This document shows, one piece after another, positions 53,828 through 63,128 of a DNA stretch of 64,000 nucleotides. The notes beneath the pieces were generated by a model. It saw only the letters and a program-made list of their open reading frames with translations. It ran no database searches and was not told where the DNA came from. Numbering within the stretch: position 1 is the first letter of the stretch; every line of letters starts with the position of its first letter. The DNA comes from a virus: positions 1 to 64,000 of the IMG/VR virus record IMGVR_UViG_3300010965_000002. The stretch is one strand, 5' to 3'. The position numbers and the translations under genes are program-made.

Positions 53828-54107
53828 TTTCAATCTCCTCAAGCCAATTGTTGATAAGTCGCTTCACGGCACTGACGCTACCTGTTGTTCTGCGATAAGC
53901 CGAACCCATACACCGTATGGCTGCACCGTCCGTGCTATGACGCATGAAGCTGGTCATACCTACGACCAGATCGCTGCCACGCAGCTTGCTTTCGATGTTA
54001 CGCTGTGCATAGGTCACGCACACCAGATCAAGCTGAGGGAAGCTACGAACTAGCTCAGTGATCTGTGGTGGGAAAGGACCGAGCACAACAACTCGTTTAT
54101 TAGTCAT
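53748..54107 (-). CDS. DUF2325-like protein (tentative)
   Basis: DLVVGMTSFMRH..S.S.V motif. Confidence 0.5.
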   Translation of the reverse strand: MTNKRVVVLGPFPPQITELVRSFPQLDLVCVTYAQRNIESKLRGSDLVVGMTSFMRHSTDGAAIRCMGSAYRRTTGSVSAVKRLINNWLEEIENESSPSLVSCSNAVSGGRLRNAGRVS

Positions 54108-54555
54108 GGGGTTTTTGTCCGTTAGACCAGTCAATCATGTCAAACACTTTGGACGAGGCTTCTGCGCCTTGAGAGTCAGTAAGCACAAAATGGCCTGAAC
54201 GCATGTCAACACGAATGCCAATGTACTTGCATTCGATATGGGTCAGCCACTTCGTTTGCTTACTGGCTGCCTTAGCAACCAACTGCATCAAGCCTGGCAG
54301 ACTGCATTGGCCTGATGGATTCCACCACTTGTTGTGCGATTCAGTTATCAGGTGTGCCACCGTAGAGTCGGTTGCCATACTCGCGCACAGATGAACTGCC
54401 TCGGTTGAGGGCAATTCCAATGTTTGTGTTTGCACAGTGCCATCAGGCTTTGTGGTGTTGACATCAACATACCTGTGCTCAACTGTTTTGCGCAGTCTAG
54501 CAGCAGATGTGATACTCCAAGCGCAGACTTCGCGCAATGCGTAGGTGACGGTCAT
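54100..54555 (-). CDS. Hypothetical protein
   Basis: GAGG SD. Confidence 0.7.
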   Translation of the reverse strand: MTVTYALREVCAWSITSAARLRKTVEHRYVDVNTTKPDGTVQTQTLELPSTEAVHLCASMATDSTVAHLITESHNKWWNPSGQCSLPGLMQLVAKAASKQTKWLTHIECKYIGIRVDMRSGHFVLTDSQGAEASSKVFDMIDWSNGQKPHD

Positions 54556-54557
54556 GC

Positions 54558-54761
54558 TTATTCCTCAGTAGCTGTACGTTTGATTTGCGTGAGGCCGCAG
54601 CACTCACATTGACGTTGTTGGTCAAGGTACTGACCGATTACACGTTCACTGCCTTCAACTGGCTGGCCGCGCATACTTGACCTCCGGTGAATCTCGCCTT
54701 GCGCAACGATCTTCCATTTGCCCCACGTGTGAAAAACTTGCTTTGGTAATTGACAGAACAT
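54558..54761 (-). CDS. Hypothetical protein
   Basis: AAGGAG SD. Confidence 0.6.
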   Translation of the reverse strand: MFCQLPKQVFHTWGKWKIVAQGEIHRRSSMRGQPVEGSERVIGQYLDQQRQCECCGLTQIKRTATEE

Positions 54762-54771
54762 GAGAGACTCC

Positions 54772-55251
54772 TTATTCAGCGATATGGACATTGACACTTA
54801 CGCGCACTTGGTCGCCCACTTGCACAGCACGACGTATATAACCATTTACACGGCGACCCTCGAAGTCAACAACCACTTGCGTTCCTGACTGCCGCTGCTC
54901 GTACTGAGGCACTGCACGGCATGGCGCTGGCTGATACTGCTGAGGTTGATCGCGGTTGTCGAGCCTGTCGCCAACAATGGCACCTACTGCTGACATGATA
55001 ACCATTGCGGCAACACGACCATCGCCTTGGCCGATGCCATTGCCAATGCCTGCGCCGCCGATGCCACCGAGGATAGCACCAGTGTTACTGCGACCACCTT
55101 GTGGATAACCACCTTGCTGGTAGCCACCGTCTTGGCAAACAGAACCAACGTTGACGCGCTCGAATGTGGGCTGTGCTTGAACAACCGTACCCATTTGTTG
55201 GGCGTTTGCAACACCCGCGATCATGCAAAGAAAGAAGAGGACTGATTTCAT
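54772..55251 (-). CDS. Glycine-zipper 2TM exported protein
   Basis: Signal peptide; GAILGGIGGAGIGNGIGQGDG..GAIVG. Confidence 0.85.
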   Translation of the reverse strand: MKSVLFFLCMIAGVANAQQMGTVVQAQPTFERVNVGSVCQDGGYQQGGYPQGGRSNTGAILGGIGGAGIGNGIGQGDGRVAAMVIMSAVGAIVGDRLDNRDQPQQYQPAPCRAVPQYEQRQSGTQVVVDFEGRRVNGYIRRAVQVGDQVRVSVNVHIAE

Positions 55252-55252
55252 G

Positions 55253-55540
55253 TTAGCCACCTGTTGAGTTAGACATATCGGAAAGATAACCTTTAGCGCA
55301 CTCGATGTGTTCTTCGGCCAAGGCAATGTGACGGTGCATCGTAGCAAGTTCACTGTCAAGGATTTCGCTCAGTGTGAACGGGGTGCCACCATGTTCAGGC
55401 AGACCACCGTGAAACACTTTACCAAGTTTGTCGGCAAACGCACCTGCTGCGATACGCTGCTTGTAGTAAGAGGCACGCAGTTGGGACTGTTGTGCTTCCA
55501 TCATTGCCAAGTTGAATTTGTTTTGAAGTTGGGTTGTCAT
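55253..55540 (-). CDS. Hypothetical protein
   Basis: AAGGAG SD. Confidence 0.7.
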   Translation of the reverse strand: MTTQLQNKFNLAMMEAQQSQLRASYYKQRIAAGAFADKLGKVFHGGLPEHGGTPFTLSEILDSELATMHRHIALAEEHIECAKGYLSDMSNSTGG

Positions 55541-55543
55541 CGT

Positions 55544-56365
55544 TCACTCCTTATAGTGAGTAGTTTGTTGGTATGGACTTGAGCCTTGAGCAGCTAATAG
55601 GTCTATGTACTTTTCAGTCATAGGTGGCGCTGCTCTGCGTAGTTTACTATCGGCAGTAATAGTAGGCAAGGGTTTTGGTCGCTTGTACTTTAAGAAGGCA
55701 AGTTGCCTAGCAATTTCTCGCTTGTTAGCTGCTTCTAGTTCCCTAGCAGCTTTTGCCTCCTGTTTAGCAACCACAGCATCTTTTTCAGCTTGAAGCGTTC
55801 TTGCTTGACGGTCAATCTTAGCCTGTTGTTTTTGACGATCAACCAACTCCTTGGCTTGTCTAGCACGAACCTCAGCTTCATCGCGTTTTGCAGCCTCAGC
55901 AAGTCTAGCTTCTTCAACGACCTTAGCCAGGTGGAGTTGTCTTTCTCTCCAGTTAGCTTCCTCTAGTTTTTCGGCAGCAAGGCGCGTCGCTAACCAGGCA
56001 TTTCGTTTTTGCTCTCGGGCAGCGGCGTTGGTTGCTAACAAACGGTCTAACAAATGAAGCCACGTCATTTTATAGCCCGACCATGCGAACGGTTGTTCCC
56101 ATTCGCCATTAGTAAAGTCTCTTGTTTTAGACCAGGTTGTATTGGCATAAGCCATGATCGCTGCCCAGTCGGTGTTCTCATTACTTAGTAACTTGGACAC
56201 GCTGTACGTTAATAGAGCCTTAGCTGTGCAAGACTTCATTTCCTGCCATATAAACAAAACTTTGTCAATTTCTTGACGCACGTTTTTCTTATACACTCTA
56301 GTGTTAGGCCTATGTGTACTAAAAACTAGCAGTGAGTCTATTGATTTTTTGCTCCTAGCAGTCAT
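55544..56365 (-). CDS. Coiled-coil hypothetical protein
   Basis: ATGA-coupled ORF. Confidence 0.7.
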   Translation of the reverse strand: MTARSKKSIDSLLVFSTHRPNTRVYKKNVRQEIDKVLFIWQEMKSCTAKALLTYSVSKLLSNENTDWAAIMAYANTTWSKTRDFTNGEWEQPFAWSGYKMTWLHLLDRLLATNAAAREQKRNAWLATRLAAEKLEEANWRERQLHLAKVVEEARLAEAAKRDEAEVRARQAKELVDRQKQQAKIDRQARTLQAEKDAVVAKQEAKAARELEAANKREIARQLAFLKYKRPKPLPTITADSKLRRAAPPMTEKYIDLLAAQGSSPYQQTTHYKE

Positions 56366-56661
56366 TCTTTGCTCCGGGTGATCTTGGTGAGGCGACTGGT
56401 ACGGTACTCGTTTTCCGTCCAGCACTTGTTGTACGCTTCTGCGCCCATCAGGCGTTTAGCTTTGACGTAGTTGAAGGTCTTGTTCATGCTGTCGTACACG
56501 TTCAGCACAAAGTGAAGACCAAACCGCTTGCCCAACTTCTTACGCAAGCGCGTTTCCAACTTGTCATGTTCAGCCTGCAACGTTGCAAGCTCTGCCTTGA
56601 GCATACCGAGCCGTTCAACGTCGGCCATTTCCTTGCTCATTCTGAATGCTGCTTTAGCCAT
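56362..56661 (-). CDS. Hypothetical protein
   Basis: AAGGA SD. Confidence 0.7.
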   Translation of the reverse strand: MAKAAFRMSKEMADVERLGMLKAELATLQAEHDKLETRLRKKLGKRFGLHFVLNVYDSMNKTFNYVKAKRLMGAEAYNKCWTENEYRTSRLTKITRSKE

Positions 56662-57169
56662 GATGGTTTTCCTTTTCTACAGCCACTTTATGGGCGTCAA
56701 GTATTGACGTAATCAGTGGGACTAACCAATGAGCACTGTTGCGTAATGGCGTCACGCTTTTGTATCCGAGGTCTTCTAGCCTGTGTATGTTGTTGCTGAA
56801 AGGTCGAAGGCATCGTTTGATACGGCTGACAACACGTTTCATGAGGTGAGCGTCACACGCTGTAGTAGTACACGGCCAGACCTCCAACATTTGTAGGTTG
56901 AACAAGGCTTTTTTGATTGTCAGGTTGTTTTGCACCAGTTGCACAACAACTTCAAGAAAGGCTATGTCTTCTAGGTCCATCGGCAAATGAGTTTCAAACG
57001 GACTCATTTGCACAGGCCTCAACTTATCGAAAGTTTCCTTTACGGAAAGTACAGGTTCGTCCAACAACACGCCAACCAAGTTCTGCCAAGGTGCCCACTT
57101 GTCCATATAGAGTTGAAGTGCCAATGTTTGTACTTCGGGTGCTGTCTGTGCCAGTGTACTAGCATTCAT
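56654..57169 (-). CDS. Hypothetical protein
   Basis: GGAG SD. Confidence 0.7.
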   Translation of the reverse strand: MNASTLAQTAPEVQTLALQLYMDKWAPWQNLVGVLLDEPVLSVKETFDKLRPVQMSPFETHLPMDLEDIAFLEVVVQLVQNNLTIKKALFNLQMLEVWPCTTTACDAHLMKRVVSRIKRCLRPFSNNIHRLEDLGYKSVTPLRNSAHWLVPLITSILDAHKVAVEKENHHG

Positions 57170-57207
57170 AGTTTCTCCAGATAGAGGGCCGAAGCCCTCA
57201 TGGTTGA

Positions 57208-57663
57208 TTACAGAAGCGCGAACGGTGGGATTGCGTCACCACGTTCGGCGTGCATTGCGACATCTTCGTCCCAATCAGCGAGACTCACTTTGCTGTGAAT
57301 CTTGTATGGGATGCGTGAATACTGAATCACTGCAACCACTTGATGGGGCGTACACTGCAAGGCGAGAATCAACTCGCTGTCAGTGACCAAGCCTTGTTGG
57401 TGCTGCTTAACACACTCAAGCATATCAGCGAAGGTACGCAGTGGCTTGGAGGGTGGCAAGCCAAGCGCGTATGCACATTGTTTCAGAGCAGGCGCTGTAA
57501 CCTCTGCACCGTCATAACCGTGCTGCATGAAGAAGCCACGCACTGTATCAGGTACCAAGCAGGCTCGCAGTGCATCATGAAACTCCTCTTTGAGTGAAGT
57601 CTCATACATGGTATGCGCTACACATTGCATGAATGTGGCAAGAAAGCGGTTATCTGGGTTCAT
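57208..57663 (-). CDS. Hypothetical protein
   Basis: AGGAG SD. Confidence 0.7.
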   Translation of the reverse strand: MNPDNRFLATFMQCVAHTMYETSLKEEFHDALRACLVPDTVRGFFMQHGYDGAEVTAPALKQCAYALGLPPSKPLRTFADMLECVKQHQQGLVTDSELILALQCTPHQVVAVIQYSRIPYKIHSKVSLADWDEDVAMHAERGDAIPPFALL

Positions 57664-57713
57664 GACATTCTCCTGAAACGAAAACAAAAGTAAATTACCA
57701 CGAAGGTAGTGGT

Positions 57714-57799
57714 GTCGTTTTGAACTCGGGCAGCTTCCACTGCCACAAGTTGTGAGGGCGCTATTGCGCAGACAAGCCGGGTGAACCGGCTATCACGAC
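57714..57799 (-). promoter_or_regulatory. Multi-hairpin structured leader
   Basis: GTCGT/ACGAC closing helix around four short hairpins. Confidence 0.4.
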
Positions 57800-57805
57800 G
57801 TGCAA

Positions 57806-58099
57806 TCATGTGTTGAAAACCTCAAGAGAGAATGTTTTGAACACATACCCTCGTTGATGATGACCAAACATCTTTATTGCAATGCCCTTGGATTCGCATA
57901 CAAAGCCAAAGTATGTTTTGTTGTAAACGAACTCAGGGGCAAACATTTTGAATGCTCTGGATAACCGTATGAGCGACCAGTCACCTTCAACAGTAATACA
58001 GTCGGCACATTTAGTAATGGCACCCATGTTCGGTAGATTCAACCGTGGTAGGAGCTCTTTCATTTCAGCATGAACTTTATTCAGTGTGATCTTTTTCAT
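57806..58099 (-). CDS. Hypothetical protein
   Basis: GAGG SD. Confidence 0.7.
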   Translation of the reverse strand: MKKITLNKVHAEMKELLPRLNLPNMGAITKCADCITVEGDWSLIRLSRAFKMFAPEFVYNKTYFGFVCESKGIAIKMFGHHQRGYVFKTFSLEVFNT

Positions 58100-58108
58100 G
58101 TTGACCTC

Positions 58109-58429
58109 TCAATGATGCACCGTGAAGGACACGCTGTGCTCATAAAGCATTTTGAGTAGCTTCTTATGAGGTGCGCTGTCATCGTATCGAAACCAGTTGA
58201 AGTCTGCACTCAATTCGATTCGGCCCTGGTGTACTGTGTAGTCAAAGCTGACCACCAGGTCTTCTTGCTTTGACGATAGCCTGTAGAACGTAACCTCTGC
58301 GGTTGTGTCTATGCTGTTGCGACCACCGGGATTGTCTTCACCGTCGTTAAGCTCAGTGGTCAGGAGCTTGACATCCACGTTGGGGTTGGTGAGCAAGTCA
58401 ACCAGTGCTATGTTGATTCTGGAACCCAT
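58109..58429 (-). CDS. Hypothetical protein
   Basis: GGAG SD before MGSRIN. Confidence 0.7.
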   Translation of the reverse strand: MGSRINIALVDLLTNPNVDVKLLTTELNDGEDNPGGRNSIDTTAEVTFYRLSSKQEDLVVSFDYTVHQGRIELSADFNWFRYDDSAPHKKLLKMLYEHSVSFTVHH

Positions 58430-58481
58430 TTCATTCTCCAAGTTGTGTGGAGGGTAACAAACGCCCTCCACGTTATACGAA

Positions 58482-58820
58482 CTACTTAACCAAGTTTGCT
58501 GTGGGCGCATTGGCTTTGTACGCGACTTCAAGTTTGCCGTGAACTGCAACCACCTGGCCGTGAACTGCAACCACCTGGCCGTGAACTGCATGACTGTCCA
58601 CATGGCTCAGTGAACCAGTTACCGGGTCATCGGGATACCAGACACGCAAACTCACATCACCGCGTTCCCGTTCAGGCTTCTCCAAGAGAATGCCGACCGT
58701 GTTGGGACTGTCTTGCCACTTGACTTCGATCAGCGTGCCTGGCTTGATTGCCATCACTATTGCTTTAGTCAGAGGCCGCTGCTTTTGAAAGGCAGTCAGG
58801 TAATCGGCGCTAGTGCTCAT
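58482..58820 (-). CDS. Hypothetical protein with AVHGQVV repeats
   Basis: First gene after promoter; GGAG SD. Confidence 0.7.
   Translation of the reverse strand: MSTSADYLTAFQKQRPLTKAIVMAIKPGTLIEVKWQDSPNTVGILLEKPERERGDVSLRVWYPDDPVTGSLSHVDSHAVHGQVVAVHGQVVAVHGKLEVAYKANAPTANLVK
58536..58590. repeat. 21-bp perfect tandem repeat, 2.6 copies
   Basis: GCCGTGAACTGCAACCACCTG twice plus 13 nt. Confidence 0.95.
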
Positions 58821-58867
58821 ACGATTTTCTCCATTTTTACCACGCGACACAGTTACCGCGTAGCTCT

Positions 58868-58990
58868 ATTGTACCACACTTTTTTGGCACTGTAAACCGA
58901 TTTATTGTGCATTTTGTGGCTTTTTTACGTCATTTTTAGCTGTTTTTGGCCGTTTTTCTGGTGTTTTTGATGGTTTCCAGCCCTTTTTGG
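58868..58990 (-). promoter_or_regulatory. sigma70 promoter with upstream phased A-tracts
   Basis: TTTACA (58891-96)-17 bp-TACAAT (58868-73); 9 T-tracts at about 10.5-bp spacing. Confidence 0.88.
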
Positions 58991-59155
58991 CACCCTCTGG
59001 CAATGCCATACATTCAGCCACTGGCCTTGGTAAGCGGCACATACTGGCGGGATAAACGTCCAAGCAGCCCCTTAAAAGACCCAAAGTTTGTGAACGCCAA
59101 TTTAAGACTGGAACGCAGAATTGGTTTGTGTTCTCTAACCTATGTGAGGAAACAG

Positions 59156-60676
59156 ATGCGCCGGAAATATATCCAGGAACGTGCATCCGTACTCAACACT
59201 GCAAGTGCCAAATCTGGTAAGCCCTTTATTGTGAGCGCAGCAACCGCTGCTCTGCCCCAAGTCGAAACAGCCTCTTTTGGTTGCAAGTCTTGCGGTACAG
59301 AATTCGCAAGCACCAAAGGCTCGGAACCGTTTTGTGTCAATTGTGGCTCAGAGGACGTATCTCAGACTCAGGCCGTGGCTCAAGCCATGCCCGCGACTGA
59401 TAAGTCCCTGTGCGCAATTGCCTGCAAATCGTGTAGCACTCACAACGTGTTGTCGGATGTCACCGCGAGCCTGCTCGATGGGCACATGCATTGCGTCGAA
59501 TGCGGTAATCAATTGTCTTACGACGTTGACGACCTGCAAGACCCAGTGACTGATGCTGACGAGTCGGGAATTGAAACAACTCTCAACACTGAGGCTGCTG
59601 AAACAAACAGCGCCGAAGATCGAGGTGGCATGACTGACAGCGCGCCTATCACTGACGCAACAGAGACAGACATTGCTGATGCTCTGCCAACTACGGAGGC
59701 TAAGACCGAAGTGAAAGCCGAAGCACCTGAAAGCAATGACGTACCTGCCGCTCCCGCCGCTGGTACAGACACTCCTGCTGCACCAACAGTGCCGGTGGTT
59801 GACCCAATCGTGGACAAGATCGAAGACGAAACTCTGATCGAGCACGCGCAGTGGGAACAACTGCCTGAAAACGAGCAAGACGGTTGCGAGTACAGCGAAG
59901 CCTCTCTGGCTGCCGTTGTTCTGGCGTCCAATCCAAAGGCAGCTTTAACGCTGGCAACTTCCGAAGATGAAATCCTCGCGTTTGCCGACGGTGTTCCTGT
60001 TGCACGGCTGGAAAAAGCCAATGCAGGTGAACACGCCGCAGTCTTCCACACCCAGTCGTTCATGCAGTCGATTGCCCGCGTTGCTGAAACCAAAGGCATC
60101 CGTGCAGCCCTCGCCTCTTACAAGTTCTCTGCCATCCGTGTGAAATTCCCGGTGAGCGCAGCGGTTCGTGCTAAGGTCGCAGCTAAACTGGAAACGGAAA
60201 CAGCTTCGGTTAAGGAAATGGCTGACAGTCACCGCGATGACCTGATGCAATGCGTAAGCATCGCTTCGGCAGCACTGACGAAGAACCTGTTCCGTACCAA
60301 GGCCAACGCCCTCAAGCGCGGCTTTGTGGATATGCTGACCACTGCGGGTGTGAAGAACGCCTCGACAATGGTTGATCGTGTGTTTGCTACGCACGGTGAC
60401 ACCTACAACAAGCAAGTTTTCGAGCTTGCCCAGGAGTTGCAAAGCAAGTCTGTTGACTATCGCAATACACTTGCGGAGTCGATGGGTGATCTGAACACAA
60501 TGCCTTTGGACATGCCTAACGGCGACACCGAAGAAGTTGTGGTCGAACACGCAAGTGGTTCTGCCTTGGAGTCTCAGATGGAAAGTGCAGCCGTTCGCGG
60601 TGTGCGCAGCCCGGTGGTCGCTTCGGTTGGTTCTATTCGCAATCTTCAAGCCGCCGCTGGTGGCAAACTTTTCTAA
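59156..60676 (+). CDS. Prohead scaffold/core-like protein with N-terminal zinc ribbons
   Basis: GAGG SD; four CxxC pairs, acidic linker; lies upstream of the capsid genes. Confidence 0.65.
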   Translation: MRRKYIQERASVLNTASAKSGKPFIVSAATAALPQVETASFGCKSCGTEFASTKGSEPFCVNCGSEDVSQTQAVAQAMPATDKSLCAIACKSCSTHNVLSDVTASLLDGHMHCVECGNQLSYDVDDLQDPVTDADESGIETTLNTEAAETNSAEDRGGMTDSAPITDATETDIADALPTTEAKTEVKAEAPESNDVPAAPAAGTDTPAAPTVPVVDPIVDKIEDETLIEHAQWEQLPENEQDGCEYSEASLAAVVLASNPKAALTLATSEDEILAFADGVPVARLEKANAGEHAAVFHTQSFMQSIARVAETKGIRAALASYKFSAIRVKFPVSAAVRAKVAAKLETETASVKEMADSHRDDLMQCVSIASAALTKNLFRTKANALKRGFVDMLTTAGVKNASTMVDRVFATHGDTYNKQVFELAQELQSKSVDYRNTLAESMGDLNTMPLDMPNGDTEEVVVEHASGSALESQMESAAVRGVRSPVVASVGSIRNLQAAAGGKLF

Positions 60677-60685
60677 GGAGCTCTC

Positions 60686-61390
60686 ATGCTTTATTTTCCG
60701 CAAACCCGCATTGAATTGTCGGTCGAGCGTCCTGTAGCGCAGGGCTCTCAAATCACCGCCGAAGGCGCTGCTCTGGTCAGTAACCTGACTGGTGGCGTGT
60801 ACGGTGTCAAGCAATCCACTGGCGCTGCAGGCGAAGTTTTCGCTGGCGTGTCCATCAACTCTGTGACCTCGCTGACACAAGCACCAAAGATTGAAGAATC
60901 CGTTTTGGGTAACACCAACGCGATCTTCCTGGCTGCTGATCCTCTGCCCGGTACTGTTCTGGTTGTTCGCAAGGACACTGGCGCTGTGTTGACCGCTGCT
61001 GCTTCCGCTGATGCAACCCACTACGCTGTGTCCGGCACCAATGCCAAGCAGTTCCTGTTTGACGCTGCTCTGCAAGGCGTGGCAATCAAAGTCGTGTACG
61101 CATACGCTCCTACTCTGGTGCAAGCAATGGCTCTGCAAGGCAACGTGTTGCCCGGCGGCCCTGCTGGTCAGTACCTGGGTCAAGTTGGCGTGGTCACTCG
61201 CGGCGACGCCTACACCGATCAGTGGGATACTTCCGCTGACTGGTCCTCTGCTGTTGGTGTGGTTCTGTTGGCGAACGGTAAGTTCGGTCCTACAGCAGTC
61301 GCTGCCAATGCAATCCGTGGTATCCAAATCATCGAACTGCCCACCGCTGGCCGTTCGTACTTGGGTCTCAACATCAACGCTGCTGTCTAA
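60686..61390 (+). CDS. Virion structural protein (head decoration/minor capsid candidate)
   Basis: AAGGAG SD; Ala/Gly/Val-rich; directly before the MCP gene. Confidence 0.65.
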   Translation: MLYFPQTRIELSVERPVAQGSQITAEGAALVSNLTGGVYGVKQSTGAAGEVFAGVSINSVTSLTQAPKIEESVLGNTNAIFLAADPLPGTVLVVRKDTGAVLTAAASADATHYAVSGTNAKQFLFDAALQGVAIKVVYAYAPTLVQAMALQGNVLPGGPAGQYLGQVGVVTRGDAYTDQWDTSADWSSAVGVVLLANGKFGPTAVAANAIRGIQIIELPTAGRSYLGLNINAAV

Positions 61391-61401
61391 GGAGCACACA
61401 A

Positions 61402-62481
61402 ATGAGCAAGAAATTCCAAGGCATTCGCTTCTCTCAGCCAGTAGTTGCTGCAACTGAACTTCGTCGTGCAGGCGGTGAACGCTTCGTCGGCGCAAACGGT
61501 GAACTGAATGCGTCCTCGCGTTCTGACCTGTTCAAGCAAATGGCTGGCTTCCTGGAGCAAGCCGCTGCAACTGGTGCTGTTTCCGAAGAAAAAGCAACCA
61601 CCCTCGAAAAAGCCGCTGCCCGCCGCAATGCAATCACTGCTGCATTCACCGACCGCAACGCACACGCCGAACTGGGCGAAGTGCTGGCCGATGAACTGTA
61701 CCAGGCTGCAAACCGTGAAGGCTTCATGCGTCGTTTCCTCGCCAAGCAAGACTTGAAACAAGGCCAAATGCCTCACGTCAAGATGCGCATGAAGAACGTC
61801 GTTGCCACCGTGGTGACCTCTCCAGTGCAAGTGCAGGCTCAAGTCATTCGTGACAACACCTACACTCCGCCCGAGTTCAACATCGTGTCGCGTCCTTTCG
61901 TGGAAGACCGTGAAATTCAGCAATCGCTCGGCGACGTGCTGGAAGAAAAGTACCTGGAAGCGCAAGAAGGCATCATGGTTGCCGAAGACCGCTTGTGGCG
62001 TACCCTGGCCCTGCAAACAGTGAACATCAGCAACCCGCTGACCAACATTGTGGGCACTATGACTGCCGGTGGTCTGATGACCCTGCGCAACCAAGTGACT
62101 CGTTGGAACATTCCTGTGACCGCATGGCTGGTGGCGAACGACATCTGGAACGACATCGTTGGTGACTCCTCGTTCCAACAAGTGATCGACCCTGTGTCCA
62201 AGTACGAACTGCTGTTGACTGGTCAGTTGGGCGTGATCTACGGTATGACCATCCTGTCGGATGCTTACCGTCACCCTGAGCACAAAGTGCTCGACCAAGG
62301 TGAAATGTACGTGATTGGTGACCCGATCAACCACGGTCAGTACACTGATCGCGGCGGCGTTACTTCTCAGCCTATCGACATCACCACCGAGAAGGTGCCT
62401 GGTCGCGGTTGGGTGTTCTCCGAACTCATGTCTATGGTCATTGCTAACAGCCGCTCTGTGGCTCGTGCGATTCGTACCTAA
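61402..62481 (+). CDS. Major capsid protein (HK97-type, inferred)
   Basis: AAGGAG SD, strong codon bias, 359 aa, jumbo-phage MCP-like sequence and position. Confidence 0.8.
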   Translation: MSKKFQGIRFSQPVVAATELRRAGGERFVGANGELNASSRSDLFKQMAGFLEQAAATGAVSEEKATTLEKAAARRNAITAAFTDRNAHAELGEVLADELYQAANREGFMRRFLAKQDLKQGQMPHVKMRMKNVVATVVTSPVQVQAQVIRDNTYTPPEFNIVSRPFVEDREIQQSLGDVLEEKYLEAQEGIMVAEDRLWRTLALQTVNISNPLTNIVGTMTAGGLMTLRNQVTRWNIPVTAWLVANDIWNDIVGDSSFQQVIDPVSKYELLLTGQLGVIYGMTILSDAYRHPEHKVLDQGEMYVIGDPINHGQYTDRGGVTSQPIDITTEKVPGRGWVFSELMSMVIANSRSVARAIRT

Positions 62482-62535
62482 ACATCAACCTCAAGCGGCG
62501 GCCTAAAAACCGCTGCTTGTCACAGGAGAGCCAAT

Positions 62536-63057
62536 ATGAGTAAGAAACCCGTAAAGGCCAACACTGTCCAGCCAAAGTATTTTCGTGCTTTGGACTTGAT
62601 GTTGGCTGCGGTGGAGTATACCCGCAAAGGTATGCCAAACCGCGCTGCGAAGGCTCTTGCCGATGCTGCTCAAGATCAACAAATTGACGATGCAATCGGC
62701 CAATTGAGCGATCAACAGCAGACCCTGCAAGACGCTGACTTTGAACAGCAACAAGCGCCTCAACAGAGTCTCGACCTTCAGCAACAAACCAGCCGTGCTC
62801 TCGCCCGTCTTATCAAAGCCTCTCAGCAACAAGTTGCTGAAGGTCAAGATGACGGTGACGAAGACGAGGACGATGGTGCTGAATTCGACGAAGATGAAGT
62901 TGAAGACGATGCAGAAACCGCTGACCTGGCCGAAGACGATCTGAGCATTGACCTTGGTCAAGACGATCAGGAAGATGAAGCTGGTGAAATGGTTGTGCAA
63001 GCAAGCGTACAAGCCCGCTTGAGCCGCGCTGCTCGTAACAAGGCACGTCGCAGCTAA
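62536..63057 (+). CDS. Acidic head-module protein
   Basis: AGGAG SD; D/E-rich. Confidence 0.75.
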   Translation: MSKKPVKANTVQPKYFRALDLMLAAVEYTRKGMPNRAAKALADAAQDQQIDDAIGQLSDQQQTLQDADFEQQQAPQQSLDLQQQTSRALARLIKASQQQVAEGQDDGDEDEDDGAEFDEDEVEDDAETADLAEDDLSIDLGQDDQEDEAGEMVVQASVQARLSRAARNKARRS

Positions 63058-63070
63058 GACGTGCATTCTG

Positions 63071-63109
63071 GAGCCTCGTCGGTGTAATAACCCACGAGGC
63101 TCTTTTGCT
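63071..63109 (+). terminator. Rho-independent terminator
   Basis: GAGCCTCGT..ACGAGGCTC followed by TTTTGCTTT. Confidence 0.75.
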
Positions 63110-63128
63110 TTCTACGACTAATTTCATT

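Noticed and set aside
58536-58590. CRISPR array
   Set aside because: Repeats are contiguous with no spacers and in frame; no cas genes in the window.
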